The notes: a model not told the origin generated them from the letters alone. A DNA stretch of 64,000 bases from an uncultured Nitrososphaerales archaeon (GCA_963713605.1 CAVQMO010000010.1:928001-992000); one strand, 5' to 3'. Shown: positions 1-12,000, numbered from the stretch's first letter. Translations and numbers: made by a program.

Positions 1-276
1 CCAATTCTTTCAGTAGTGACTCAGTTAGACTATATGCAGATATCAAAATTATTTTAGTTCATTATACTCTTTTATCTTACGGGCAACAGATTCTTCAGAT
101 ATGTCGCTCAATCTGTAATCCAATAATAAGAGATGTATTTTGTTTCCCCGGTTCTTTTCTTCTATGAATTTCTCAATGCAATCTTTGCCAGAACTGCTTA
201 AAATGACATTATATTTTGATTTGAAGGCCTTTCCAAATAAATTTAGTAGATCCTGCTCATCATCGCATATCATCAC
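1..276 (-). CDS. CheY-like response regulator receiver protein; frameshifted near 55 and runs off the window
   Basis: Motifs ICDDE and LLDYRL. After a 1-nt shift the frame continues TKIILISAYSLTESLLKEL. Paralog at 27415-27808. Confidence 0.8.
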
Positions 277-729
277 AGTCTTTTATTCTGTTTCAAAATC
301 TTGAAATTTCAATTTTGGTTATGCAAGCCAGAGTCTGAGTGAGTATTTATAACATTTGTCATAACTTGTATTGATTGTATTGACATTAACGTATCACATA
401 CATACCTCAATAAATTATTCCATAAACATAAACTTAACTCAGTACTCATGGAAGCACTATGTCGATAAACTATTTAGATACTTTATCCGCTGAACGTTCA
501 GTAAGATTTACCTTACTAGTGTTCAACTGCCTCAGCGTTTAGTCAATATTCGATCGTAATGAATCTCCCAGCATTGCCAATGTGGGTAAAGCGGCCTCTA
601 GAGAACTCCCAATCAGACTTGCAGTTATGTTGTAGTACAGTTGCCAGGCTACATAACTTGTTCTCCAATGATGGTAAAATAATACAGATGAATGATCAAG
701 TTATAAATAAAAAGACACAAAACTTATTT

Positions 730-1099
730 ATGGTAAAAATCGTAGAAATGGACGAAAGAATAACTCTTGCGAAACAGTTGGATGAAGATGTCGGTCCAAT
801 CGTTATGATGAACAAGTTCAATGTAAACCCCGACGAAGTCGATGAGTTTTTAAAGGTATTCGCTAAGACTACTGAAACGTTTAAACAACAACCCGGATTC
901 ATTTCGGCTCAGTTCCATCGAGGCATTGGTGGCAGTACTACGTTTGTTAACTATGTTGTATGGGAGTCTGCGAGCACATTTTAAGCAGGCATTTGATAGA
1001 CCAGAATTTAGATCAAACATGGCTAAAGTTTTGCCCAATACTGTGATGTCTCCACATCTTTTCAAGAAGGTTTCAGTCCCCGGCATCTGTGTAGATTGA
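730..1099 (+). CDS. Antibiotic biosynthesis monooxygenase (ABM) family protein; one frameshift near 975
   Basis: NKFNV...QQPGFISAQFHRGIGGSTTFVNYVVWES, then HFKQAFDRPEF...PHLFKKVSVPGICVD* in the shifted frame. Confidence 0.8.
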
Positions 1100-1530
1100 T
1101 CTGTATTCAAGACAACTCAGCTGACTCAGGTTTACAATGTATGGGAGATGATTCATGACAAGATATTTGGTATTATTTGCGGTAACGATAGAAGTTTATT
1201 TATATTATATGATGCTTGAACTGGAGATTGCGATCTATTATCGGTGGACTAAAATCTTCAAGCAAGATTAAAGGCTTGAGCATTTAGGATACATTGCTAC
1301 GAATTAAAAACAGATTTATTTTCTATTTGAGCTAGCTATCGCCAGGGTTGTGGTCAGGGGTTACTTCAGAGCCCGATAAATTCAAACTCGAGAAACCTCG
1401 TAGTTGGACCTATCAGTCCGCATAAAAGAAGATTTTCATTAGATTTCGACTATTAGATGCTGGGATACATAATTGATCGTGAAATTCAAAGCTCCTTGTA
1501 AATACTTTTTAATTATCATAACAAGGAGCA

Positions 1531-2430
1531 TTGAACAAACAGCTTCCATTCAATAAAGGAACGTGTGCATTGATTTGCGGATCTCTGTTAGTCATGTCAA
1601 TTCTTTCTACGGCTAATGTAGGGATAAATTACATATCCAAGAATAACATACTTGTCGCAAATGCAAAATCAAACACTGAAAGAAGTGATATTCCATTCAT
1701 ATTACCTTTACCTGTGCAAAAAATGACAGATACTAACCCTACCATGGAGGCTACAGCAACCTACGCTACAAGTACCGTGGCAGATAATTTTGAAAGCGGA
1801 CTGTATACTCTGAAAGGAGGACAGGTATCTCCGAATGGAAAATGGAAGGACATTTACACGGGCTATGGGACGGTAGGTGTACGTCAGGGTCAGAGTAACA
1901 ATGAATATATGTATTTAGCTACAAAACCATCTACTTCTCCAAGCGAGACGCACGCTGCTTTATTAAGTACTACTAAACTATTCAAGAATTTTGATCTGAC
2001 TGCAAAAGTGATGACCGAGAAACAACTAAGACAAAATTCACCTCCCGGTAACTGGGAAACTGCTTGGATTATGTGGAATTGGCAAGATAACTATCATCAA
2101 TATAGCTTCAATCTTAAAAAAATTGGATATGAGCTACAGAAAAAAGACAATGAGAGGCAGGATAACTCGGCACAGGTATTCCTTGTAACTGGAAAATCCC
2201 CTTCAACAAAGATTGGAGTCTGGCAAAATTGGCACATACGGGTCACCGGAACAGAGACGGGAACACCTCACATAATAGTATGGATAGATGGTATCAAAAT
2301 CATTGACTATATCGACAATAAGGCTGGTATCCCAAGAAACAGCTTGAAAATGAATCAAGGAGGATTCATCGGATTATATGCAGATGATGCGGCGGCTCGC
2401 TTTGACAACGTGGTCATAAAGCCATTGTAA
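1531..2430 (+). CDS. Secreted concanavalin-A-like lectin/glycoside hydrolase (DUF1080-like) domain protein
   Basis: Hydrophobic N-terminus. Beta-rich C-terminus with IIVWIDG and GGFIGLYADDAAARFDNV. Confidence 0.6.
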   Translation: MNKQLPFNKGTCALICGSLLVMSILSTANVGINYISKNNILVANAKSNTERSDIPFILPLPVQKMTDTNPTMEATATYATSTVADNFESGLYTLKGGQVSPNGKWKDIYTGYGTVGVRQGQSNNEYMYLATKPSTSPSETHAALLSTTKLFKNFDLTAKVMTEKQLRQNSPPGNWETAWIMWNWQDNYHQYSFNLKKIGYELQKKDNERQDNSAQVFLVTGKSPSTKIGVWQNWHIRVTGTETGTPHIIVWIDGIKIIDYIDNKAGIPRNSLKMNQGGFIGLYADDAAARFDNVVIKPL

Positions 2431-2574
2431 TTGACGACAGGTAGTACACTAAGTCCATGATTCATTTCACTTCCTGCTATATCCTGTGGAAGTACATTGG
2501 ACATGTCAGTTTCCTAAGCAATAATGAACAGGAAATATTCAATTCTCTCGGACCTGGGGGACCGTGTGATCCTG

Positions 2575-2729
2575 ACCCTAGGCCGGTGGTTTTGGCAATG
2601 GACCATTTTGATACTATACTATACTAGGGGCTTAGATGGTTTAAGTGCTATTCTTACCCTAGGCCGGTGGACCATTTTGATACTATACTATACTAGGGGC
2701 TTCTATGGTTTAAGTGCTATTCTTACCCT
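2575..2729. repeat. Tandem duplication with ~69-bp period (two units)
   Basis: 2599-2660 and 2668-2729 are identical except AG/CT. ACCCTAGGCCGGTGG occurs at 2575 and 2656. Confidence 0.9.
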
Positions 2730-2959
2730 TATTCCGCTGGCGGCGTTGCATTCCCTTTTCTTATCTGTTGTTCTGTTTTAAGATACTCCTCGAATTTTAC
2801 AAGTGATGGTATTAAATAGTGTAAATCATGCAATGTATCATCTACCTTGATGTCTTTCCAGTTTGAGATAATTTTCTGAAAGCGTTCTTCTTCGTTACTT
2901 GGAAAGCCTACTAGTGCGCCATATAATTCACTTATAACCTTGTTCACTTCAGTAGCCAT
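2729..2959 (-). CDS. Small hypothetical protein
   Basis: 76-aa ORF with ATG start and an AGGAG-like site upstream. Confidence 0.5.
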   Translation of the reverse strand: MATEVNKVISELYGALVGFPSNEEERFQKIISNWKDIKVDDTLHDLHYLIPSLVKFEEYLKTEQQIRKGNATPPAE

Positions 2960-3310
2960 TTCTTATTCTCCTGTAGCCTCTTTGAAGAGATTCATCTTAT
3001 AACTTTCTACACCCTTCATTAGTTTATAAACTTCGCATCTCTGTACCTGGCCAGCATGGAAAGGTCATTAGTGTCATTTCGTTTTGACTAGACATCAAAC
3101 CCATTGGTTTCAACCAATCTTTTCAGTTTGTTGCTTTCCATAACTTGAATTGCCTGAATTCAATTGTTCCATAAACTGAGGATTGATATTTCTCTTGCGG
3201 ATTACAAATGGTAGTTCTTATGAAATTCACTTAGATTGACTAAAAAAAGGAAGGTTCAATCGGTTAAACTTATCTACGTCCCCCATGAATTTTCCGCAAT
3301 GACTATGCAC

Positions 3311-3399
3311 GTAGAAAAAGGAGATGGTACCCGGATAAGGAAGCAACTTCATTTGATGATTGCTTTGACGCTCTCAGGATGAGTTTACTTTTCTGGCAT
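3311..3399 (+). pseudogene. 3'-terminal fragment of a terminase-large-subunit-like gene, copy 1
   Basis: VEKGDGT/DKEATSFDDCFDALRMSLLFWH with a 1-nt deletion; homologous to 8196 and 21454. Confidence 0.65.
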
Positions 3400-3554
3400 T
3401 TATCTGGCGATCGATTATTTCGCGTTACTGGTTTAGATGAGGAAGCCGCTGACAATCTAGGGTATTTGTGATAGATGTATCGGAAGGAACTTTACTTATG
3501 ATATCCAAAGTAGGTATCGAAGAGTATTGTGATGTAAGCCAGATAGGACAGGGA

Positions 3555-4044
3555 TTAGCTAGAGCGAGACACTTTTCCCCCTGGTGTTACAACTGATAAT
3601 GATTTGAGATTTTCTATTAACCTAGGTTTGAGTTCGTCATTAATGCTTATGAACGTGTCATTATTTGTATTATAATGGGGATTCAGCTGTTCGGCTGTTC
3701 CATTTGCAGTAGTAATGTTTTGGGTAAGAGCCAGAGTAAGATTTCCGACGATAGAACTGAAAACAGGATTCTCCGAGGCTTCTTGTACTGATATCAATCC
3801 ATTATCATCATGGATTAGAACCTGTTGAACATGGAGTATTGGGAGTGTAACACCTTGGAAGTTATCCAATATCACTAAAGTTCTGGGCCACTACCCCCAT
3901 CAGTACAATATTATCTACTATATCTGGATTATCGATTGCAACTCTTGTACCCTCGCTATGTCCAACTAGGGTTACATGGTTAGAATCAACCTCCAGGTGC
4001 TGTATTAGAACATCTAGCGCCTTCTCCGCATCTAGCGTTAGATC
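3555..4044 (-). pseudogene. Internal fragment of an alpha/beta hydrolase (GHSEG type)
   Basis: DAEKALDVLIQ...VTLVGHSEGT-RVAIDNPDIVDNIVLMGVVAQN, then the annotated ORF. Homolog fragment at 18349-18800. Confidence 0.65.
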
Positions 4045-4237
4045 GTCAAGATTACTGCGATCATTTAGATTGTCGTCGCAGTTCTGGCAACAATCCGTTT
4101 CCTACATAAGTTAATCAATTAATTAAGCAATCAGTTATCATAACCGCTATTCTGATTCTTTCAGAAGTGCTCTTTCTATTAGATAGTGATGATGATCGGG
4201 ATGGTTTATTACTATTAAACCCAACTTGGGCTCCTTT

Positions 4238-4313
4238 GAACCCTGACTTTGAGTCAAAAATGGTTCACATACCCTTGGGCCCACTTTAAAGTGGGTTCAA
4301 TACGTTTATAGCT
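4238..4313 (+). repeat. Dispersed non-coding repeat (longest copy): 45-bp GTCAAAAATGGTTCAC module plus CCCAC-TTTAAA-GTGGG inverted repeat and TTTATA box
   Basis: Aligns with 17509, 22998 and 62390 (left part) and with 62862 (right part). Confidence 0.7.
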
Positions 4314-4319
4314 AGGGTT

Positions 4320-5267
4320 ATGTCATCTAACGAGCATAGCGTCTTAATGCAAATGTATTCGCAAATTAGGCTCGAAGGGCCAATTCTCCGAGTTATCGAT
4401 TTGGATGTAGAATTAACATATTACCAAAAATTCGGATTGATACCAATACGAAAATTTCTAGGGGAGGGTGGGCATGAGATGATCGAGCTTGGGTTTGATG
4501 TTAATACTACTTTGGGTTCTCAAATTGATAATCCTCCTATCCTAACACTTATACACGATCCTAACGCGAGCAGACCCCGTCATGGGTCGGCAGGCTTGTT
4601 TCATTTTGCAATTCTGACTCCCGATAGAGAGAGTCTTGCCGCTACATTCGTATCCCTTGAAAAGCAAAGTATCCAATTTGTTGGATTTGCCGACCATCTG
4701 GTCAGTGAATCACTTTATCTCCAAGACCCTGAAGACAACGGAATAGAGATCTATTGTGACAGACCCAGAGAAGTATGGCAATTTGATGAACATGGTCATG
4801 TACAAATGGATACATTAGCACTTAATTTTCAATCATTGCTTTCAGAACTATATAGGAATGATGATATGATAATGAACGAATCACCAAATAAAGAATCGAT
4901 GGCCTTTCCACGAGGAGCAATAATTGGGCATATGCACCTAAAGGTTACCAACCTTGCCGCTTCGACTAACTTCTATCATGAGATGCTTGGATTCGACTTA
5001 ATGCAAACAATTCCTGGAGCTTCGTTTCTTTCAATTGAAGGATATCATCATCGTTTAGCTCTGAATACCTGGCTAAGTCGTGCGGGCATTTCCCATAAGG
5101 ATGGGGAGTCTGGACTTGAACAGTTCACTATTCATTTTACTGACAAAGCATCTTACAAGCGCCTTTTATCAAGGATTCCAAAGTCATCACTGCACACAAC
5201 AATAAATAAGGTCATGGTCACGGATCCAGATGGAATAAAAATGGCGCTTGCCTGCGATGACCAATAA
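4320..5267 (+). CDS. catE: VOC family protein, catechol 2,3-dioxygenase CatE-like
   Basis: GLFHFAIL, DHLVSESLYLQDPEDNGIEIY, IGHMHL, GYHHRLALNTW, DPDG. Confidence 0.85.
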   Translation: MSSNEHSVLMQMYSQIRLEGPILRVIDLDVELTYYQKFGLIPIRKFLGEGGHEMIELGFDVNTTLGSQIDNPPILTLIHDPNASRPRHGSAGLFHFAILTPDRESLAATFVSLEKQSIQFVGFADHLVSESLYLQDPEDNGIEIYCDRPREVWQFDEHGHVQMDTLALNFQSLLSELYRNDDMIMNESPNKESMAFPRGAIIGHMHLKVTNLAASTNFYHEMLGFDLMQTIPGASFLSIEGYHHRLALNTWLSRAGISHKDGESGLEQFTIHFTDKASYKRLLSRIPKSSLHTTINKVMVTDPDGIKMALACDDQ

Positions 5268-5293
5268 TAGATTCCGAATTTTCCAATGAGCCT

Positions 5294-5470
5294 GTGGAAC
5301 TTTTCCGCTCAGAGAATCGCTATCGTGACATTGACTTTGAGCCGGATGGCCGTACTATCTACGTGATCACTGACATGATGGGTCCGGTACAAGCTATGAA
5401 AGAAGGTCCAATTACTCCATCCACAACTCTGTGGGATCCTGGCTCGCTGCCTTTATGTTTACATATGAGC
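5294..5470 (+). pseudogene. C-terminal fragment of a PQQ-dependent glucose/sorbosone dehydrogenase
   Basis: NRYRDIDFEPDGRTIYVITD resembles the last beta-propeller blade. Confidence 0.65.
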
Positions 5471-5662
5471 GATAGTTTTGCTGGGACATTAGCCATATTC
5501 GCAGGACACTTTTGCAAGTAATTGGGTCACTCAACTGCTATGTCCTCTAGTGCACTAATAAGAAGCAGTAAAGAAAATAAGGAAAAAGCGTAACTGATTT
5601 ACATAATGGAGGGAAGATTATTGTATGAATTACAACTCCCGAGTGCATACCTGAATATTGGT

Positions 5663-5725
5663 CTAATTGTAGTTGATACACAGAACGGCTTTGTAAGTAA
5701 AGGCGGATCATATGATAAGCTTAGG
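5663..5725 (+). pseudogene. N-terminal fragment of an isochorismatase/cysteine hydrolase
   Basis: LIVVDTQNGFVSKGGSYDKLR matches the LIVVDxQNxF motif. Confidence 0.6.
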
Positions 5726-5884
5726 AATAAATATTTATGATTATTATATATATTGAGTAATTATAAAAGAGTATCATCATAAATTGCAGTGTCTGTAGAT
5801 TATTATCACTCTTTCAGTCAGTTCAGAGCTCGGATGATATATACAATGAGGAAAGAAGATATACCAATCAAACCATAAATCCAT

Positions 5885-6265
5885 ATGGACTATGAAGAGA
5901 ACCCTACCACCTATGGAGAAAAGCATTTAGAGCAAACAGGACCAGTAAATTGGCAAAATACAATAGGAAAGACAATAATGAGCAAGGATAACTTGGATAT
6001 GGGTAAAGTCATCGTGAATGCTGATACTGATTACAATACTTCGGACTTGATTACTATTGAATATGGTGATCATGAAAGGTTTAGGATTCCAAAAGAGACC
6101 ATATATAAAATAGAGAAGGACTCTGTGTATACAACGCTAACAGAAAATGAAATACTTGAAACTAGGAAAAATGATCCGTTTTGGACATCGATGGGATCCT
6201 ATACAAGCCATACCGGACATGAAGAATACAATCTCCACCATGGATCTGTACGTCCAACAGACTGA
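5885..6265 (+). CDS. Hypothetical protein, PRC-barrel-like
   Basis: IGKTIMSKDNLDMGKV...FRIPKETI pattern. Confidence 0.55.
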   Translation: MDYEENPTTYGEKHLEQTGPVNWQNTIGKTIMSKDNLDMGKVIVNADTDYNTSDLITIEYGDHERFRIPKETIYKIEKDSVYTTLTENEILETRKNDPFWTSMGSYTSHTGHEEYNLHHGSVRPTD

Positions 6266-6901
6266 TTACTCGTCCTAGGTCGCCAAGTGAACGAGGGCTA
6301 GCTCTTGCTATAGAACCTCTTCAAGACGAGATCTTAATAAATATGCATGGATCAGCTCTTATCATATATACAGTCAGTATCTTTATCCGGACAGAAGAAT
6401 GTTTGGTAAGAAACGCTGGCCTAAGCACTTTGATATTTACAGGACGACCCACGGCTACTGATAAAGAGATAATCTTTACCCTTCTCCATTCCTTCAGAGT
6501 CGAAAATCCTGTGCAGTTCTTCGTCTATCGCATTCACTAGATCTCCGTATATCTGTTTGTTATCATTGGTAGTATGAATCATAAAAGAATGGAATTTTCT
6601 TTTATACCATGTATCTACTTGTGATAACGATGTAACTTATTGCTTATTCCAGGCGTCAGCATTCTACAACGCACATCCACATGCCGCATGATATACGAAA
6701 ATGTATATCTCGGTCAGTTATTGTATGCCTTTGCCTTTTTCATTTCGCCTAAGGCTACTTTGTTTGTTACTACTTAGCGGTCTGGTTCCTTAACTGAAGA
6801 ATCAAAACAAAAAAAGAAATGAAGTCAGTTTCAGTATTTCAGAAACTCTTTGTTGCTACTTATGCCCGTTACCGTCGTCGCCTATCGATGGGAATGTTTG
6901 A

Positions 6902-7126
6902 TCAAGCTGCTAACGATACGCCATTCTCATCACCTTGAATTTGAGATGCTGTATTTTGACATCCGACGTTCAATGGTAGTTCACCATTTCCACAAGCATT
7001 TGCTTGTGAGAGTGCTTGATTCTTGCCCTTGTATTTTGTTGCATAAGCGCTGTCGGTTGTTATTACAGATGTTCCCACTAATGCTGCTGCTATTACCGCT
7101 ACTATTGCGATATATTTGAATTTCAT
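6902..7126 (-). CDS. Small secreted protein with a paired-Cys motif
   Basis: Signal peptide, then QANACGNGELPLNVGCQNTASQIQGDEN; T-rich tract downstream on the minus strand. Confidence 0.7.
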   Translation of the reverse strand: MKFKYIAIVAVIAAALVGTSVITTDSAYATKYKGKNQALSQANACGNGELPLNVGCQNTASQIQGDENGVSLAA

Positions 7127-7444
7127 ATTTCTACTAGGTGGCTAACATGCTATACTTATGTGAATTAAGCAAAATCAGTCGATTACATAAATCTGATATT
7201 TATTCTATTAGAACAACCTCAAGACAACAGTCCTCGTAACACGTTATTCTAACATTAGAGATTGCCACTTATGGAGATTATGATTACTAATTCCTAATTG
7301 TAATTTTTCGAATATTTACCTAGATGACAATTAGTGATTATCCTTAGTTACCCCTACCTATCTATTTAGTGATTTTTTCACTGCGATGTTATTTAACTAT
7401 GCCTATTTCAGTTAATGTGCCAATCTTGAGACAACCATTCATAC

Positions 7445-7495
7445 TAGGTGAGTAAGTGGGTTGTGTATGGTTCCATCGTGCACCTTACTCACCTA
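7445..7495. repeat. Perfect 12-bp inverted repeat with 27-nt spacer
   Basis: TAGGTGAGTAAG (7445-7456) and CTTACTCACCTA (7484-7495). Confidence 0.85.
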
Positions 7496-7802
7496 TCTCA
7501 TTTTTAGAACGTTTTAATTAATTAATTAATTAAGTGTTGCCGATTGGTAACAGGATTTGAAGCAGCAGATTGAAAGGCAAGAATGTGAATCATGTCTCGA
7601 AGCCTACGAAATAGAAAAGCTAGGGTCAGCCGAATTTCTCCAACCCGCTATTATTCTTCTTCCAGCCTTTTTCTAACTTAGTTACACGTTCTGTAAGTTC
7701 AATTAATTTATTAGTAAAGTCCTCGTGCTCTATTAGACCTAGTAAATGAGCCATGTACCAATTCGGACAGGTATAATGGCAGCTCTCAACGCGGTCATGA
7801 TT

Positions 7803-8066
7803 TTAATGAGCTGTATTGCAAATAACTGATAAAGTCGAGTTTTGCTTTTCAGGTACCAATGCGGTATCCCAGTCTCTGACTACAGTATTCATGGCACCAT
7901 CATCTAGTAACACCTTTTTATTTCCTGTCATATTTATAAATCCAAAGTAGCCTCCATGATTATTACCTCTATCAATTGTGTCATTCATTTTTAGCGGCCA
8001 ATCCGCTACATCATCCCCCTCTGCATCACAAAGAGGAGGTATTGTATTCTGAACGTCTTTCTCCAC
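7803..8066 (-). CDS. Hypothetical protein or gene fragment
   Basis: Protein-like composition only. Confidence 0.3.
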   Translation of the reverse strand: MEKDVQNTIPPLCDAEGDDVADWPLKMNDTIDRGNNHGGYFGFINMTGNKKVLLDDGAMNTVVRDWDTALVPEKQNSTLSVICNTAH

Positions 8067-8195
8067 ATATTTTGATGATAGAGTTGTATTCGCTTGTGCT
8101 CCATTAGGTTCAAGCGCACCGCAATCAGCAACACTTTATTCGAATCCAATAAACTGACTCCGGAGTATGAAGTATATAAGCGTGTGAAATCGTGA

Positions 8196-8314
8196 AAGTT
8201 TATCGTGTCGAAAAGGACATCTATAGAGAATGGCGAAGGGTACCTGGATAAAGAGGCTACTTCACATGATGACCTATTTGATAGTTTCAGGCCGTCTTGC
8301 AATTCTGGTATTAG
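8196..8314 (+). pseudogene. 3'-terminal fragment of a terminase-large-subunit-like gene, copy 2
   Basis: KFIVSKRTSIENGEGYLDKEATSHDDLFDSFRP/LQFWY*. Confidence 0.65.
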
Positions 8315-9176
8315 AGACTGTTCGTTTAGAAAGTCACTTTGGAGTATTTGTATTACTAGGGAGGCGGTGGTGGCAAGAGCGGTGTAAGCCAAAGAAATAA
8401 AAATTACGAATCTTTTGATTTCTCTCGTTTGTTATCTTGTTCATATTCGCCAGTGTCTTAAGATTACGAATCTCAAGTCCAACTTGAGTATATCGGACTT
8501 TTCATTAAATCTTGACCTTAAGCAAATCTAGTACGTCTATTTATTATTCTAATTAAATCAGATATTTGTTATCGTAAAGTTAAACTCGAGATGTTAAATA
8601 CAATAAGCGAAAAGTTATGATCAGTCTGTGTTATTTTATGCAATAATATAATTAATTCTATCTTTTGACCTATTGGTTACTTACGGTCAGCAACAAAATC
8701 ATTCAAGATGATTTTCTTCGTCCTTCTTCTTCCTTGGAGGTCGATTATTACATGCTCTGTTTTGCATGAACAGTACCGCCTGTATTCCAACATGAAGAAA
8801 GTCAAGAGATGATCTCACTACCTAAACTAAAGGCATCTAGTGAAGGTTAGCAGCTGCAAATTACCATTATTATTATAATGTAGAGTACAAAGCAGTTGAT
8901 TTCCAAACTATAATGTAGTAAACAATTCATAATTACAGGTCCTATATGCATACTAAGTAAAGATCTTCACGCTTGATGCCAAAATATTAAGAGTTATTTA
9001 AAAGCATCACCAGTGTCCGACATCCTTACAAACGCCATTCATAACCGCCGCCCATAGTGACAGTTGATTATTGCAATCATTAGTCGGCCTACTGAGAACA
9101 AACTAATACTTTAAGGCAATATTTAAATTAATCGAAAAATAGATAAGCAATTATTATAATCGTTTAGCTGTAAATT

Positions 9177-11258
9177 ATGACTAAAAAAGTATCTAAAGTA
9201 ATAATTATGTTTCTGGTCACGGCGGCAATTTTGACATTGCCGTCGTCGGTGTTGCAGGCTTCGTATGCGCAGACAAATGCGAATTTCAAAGATACCGTCC
9301 TAAGTATGCACAACAATGAGCGCGATGCCGTTAAAGTTCCGAGGCTCACGTGGAACGACAATCTCGCAGCTGCCGCCCAGGCATACGCCAATCAACTAGC
9401 GTCGAAGGGGTACGTATGCATTCCCGGGAATTGTCCGGGGGTTAATTCAGTCCCTCCCCTGCCCCATGGTGCTAAAAACGAGAACCTCAGCTTGGGGTGG
9501 CGTCGGTCCTCCATTCGCCTCTCTGATTCAGAGATGGATCAACGAGAAGTCGATATATAACGGCGGCCCAATTCCGTCAGGACCGAACTATGCCGGTCAT
9601 TACACAGCGATGGTCTGGAAGAGTACGACCCAAGTCGGTTGCGCGACCGCCAGAGGTGCGCAAATAGAGATTCTAGTGTGCCGCTACGATCCCCAGGGTA
9701 ACATGGTTGGACAATACCCGTTTGGTCCTGGTGCAGCCCAACTACCTTTGCCGAGTAGGGCAACGTTAGGGGAGGAGCGGTTGTTCAGCGAACCAGCGGC
9801 AGGTAATGGAGGTACAGGATTTCCACCTACTGGAACAACACCACCACCACCACCACCTACTGGAACAACACCACCACCACCACCACCACCTACTGGAACA
9901 ACACCACCACCACCACCACCTACTGGAACAACACCACCACCACCACCACCTACTGGAACAACACCACCACCACCACCACCACTGGAACACCACCACCACC
10001 ACCACCACCTACTGGAACAACACCACCACCACCACCACCACCTACTGCACCAACACCACCACCACCTACTGCAACACCACCACCACCACCACCACCTACT
10101 GGAACAACACCACCACCACCACTGGAACAACACCACCACCACCACCTACTGGAACAACACCACCACCACCACCACCACCTACTGGAACAACACCACCACC
10201 TACTGAACAACCAGCAGCAGGTAATGAAGGTACAGAATTTCTACCAACGGAACAACCAGCAGCAGGTAATGAAGGTACAGAATTTCTACCAACGGAACAA
10301 CCAGCAGCAGGTAATGAAGGTACAGAATTTCTACCAACGGAACAACTGGCAGCAGGTAATGAAGGTACAGGATTTCCACCAACTGGAACAACAACACCAC
10401 CACCACCACCACCTACTGGAACAACACCACCACCTACTGAACAACTGGCAGCAGGTAATGAAGGTACAGAATTTCTTCCTACTGAACAACCAGCAGCAGG
10501 TAATGAAGGTACAGAATTTCTACCAACGGAACAACTGGCAGCAGGTAATGAAGGTACAGGATTTCCACCAACTGGAACAACACCACCACCACCACCATAC
10601 TGGAACAACACCACCACCTACTGAACAACTGGCAGCAGGTAATGAAGGTACAGAATTTCTTCCTACTGAACAACCAGCAGCAGGTAATGAAGGTACAGAA
10701 TTTCTACCTACTGAACAACCAGCAGCAGGTAATGAAGGTACAGAATTTCTACCAACGGAACAACTGGCAGCAGGTAATGAAGGTACAGGATTTCCACCTA
10801 CTGAACAACTGGCAGCAGGTAATGAAGGTACAGGATTTCCACCTACTGAACAACCAGCAGCAGGTAATGAAAGTACAGAATTTCTACCAACGGAACAACT
10901 GGCAGCAGGTAATGAAGGTACAGGATTTCCACCTACTGAACAACCAGCAGCAGGTAATGAAAGTACAGAATTTCTACCAACGGAACAACTGGCAGCAGGT
11001 AATGAAGGTACAGGATTTCCACCTACTGAACAACCAGCAGCAGGTAATGAAGGTACAGAATTTCTTCCTACTGAACAACCAGCAGCAGGTAACGAAGCAG
11101 AAGACGGAGGCGGAGAGGGCGGAGATGATGCAGATAATGAAGCAGAAGACGGAGGCGGAGACGACGGAGATGATGGCGGAGGCGGAGACGGCGGAGATGA
11201 TGGCGGAGGCGGAGACGGCGGAGATGATGGCGGAGGCGGAGACGGCGACGGAAATTAA
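9177..11258 (+). CDS. Secreted CAP (SCP/PR-1) domain protein with Pro/Thr linker, 15-aa repeats and acidic Gly/Asp tail; several frameshifts
   Basis: Signal peptide; HNNER, LTWNDNLAAAAQAYA, ENL, GHYTAMVWKSTTQVGCA, LVCRYDPQGN. The frame passes between annotated ORFs near 9490, 9985, 10120 and 10600. Confidence 0.85.
9823..10203 (+). repeat. Coding tandem repeat (PPPPPTGTT)n built on (CCA)n tracts
   Basis: Repeated CCACCACCTACTGGAACAACA units of variable length. Confidence 0.95.
10202..11091 (+). repeat. Coding 45-bp tandem repeat (TEQ[PL]AAGNEGT[EG]F[LP]P)
   Basis: GCAGCAGGTAATGAAGGTACAG recurs at 45-nt spacing. Confidence 0.95.
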
Positions 11259-11769
11259 AGAAGGACAAAAGGATCTTCATTTTTTTATTCTTCTATTTTT
11301 TGCTGCGCTTTAGCGGTTATCATCACTATTCACCGTTTGGAAACCATAACCTCATCGAATAAACGTTACTACACCATAATACGATGCCTCAAAAATATAT
11401 TAGCGATTTCAGTTCCTGCCCTAATGAACCCCATAGATTCATTATATTTGTGTAGAGTCTTTCGATATCATGGGGGAGTGGGTTTTTAGTGGAACTTGCC
11501 CATCTACCCAATTTGTGAAAGTAATTTCTATCATAGACCCCGATTTTTATATCTAATCTGATGGAAAGAGGGGATTTTAATTTATTGAAACAGAGTCTAT
11601 AAATTCTGCAGGCCCTCTGAGCTGTACTCTTGACAGGATCTACATGAGACTCCCGATTAAAATATTGTGGACCAATAAATTCAGAGAAGTTGCTTACATT
11701 TCCTGTATTATTTTTATTCTTTTAGTTCTGTATTCTGTTGTCCTGCAGCGCGACTTCCTCGGTCACTGA

Positions 11770-12000
11770 CTATAGCGCGATATTTATATCACCTACAGTA
11801 ACGCTGTGTGATGGCATATTATCCAAAATAGCGGCTTTGGATTGAAAAGAAGAAATACGAGAGGAAGAAGTATCGCTGATATTCTGTCCTTGGCTGTATA
11901 CTGGTTCAGGTTCAAGTGAAACTAAACCGTTATTGGACAGTGGTATAATCAAATATAACAGCGTTATCGAAGGCAAAAGCATCCGACTCTTAATTATCAA
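11770..12000 (-). pseudogene. N-terminal fragment of a secreted alpha/beta hydrolase
   Basis: Signal peptide, then ILDNMPSHSVTVGDINIA followed by an abrupt stop. Confidence 0.5.

Noticed and set aside
10202..11091. 45-bp repeats as a CRISPR array
   Set aside because: No unique spacers, the period is a multiple of three, the repeats are coding, and no cas genes are present.
9684..11313. Poly-His, poly-Trp/Cys, poly-Gly and NNQQQVMKVQ ORFs
   Set aside because: Alternative-frame and antisense shadows of the (CCA)n and 45-bp repeats of the CAP gene.
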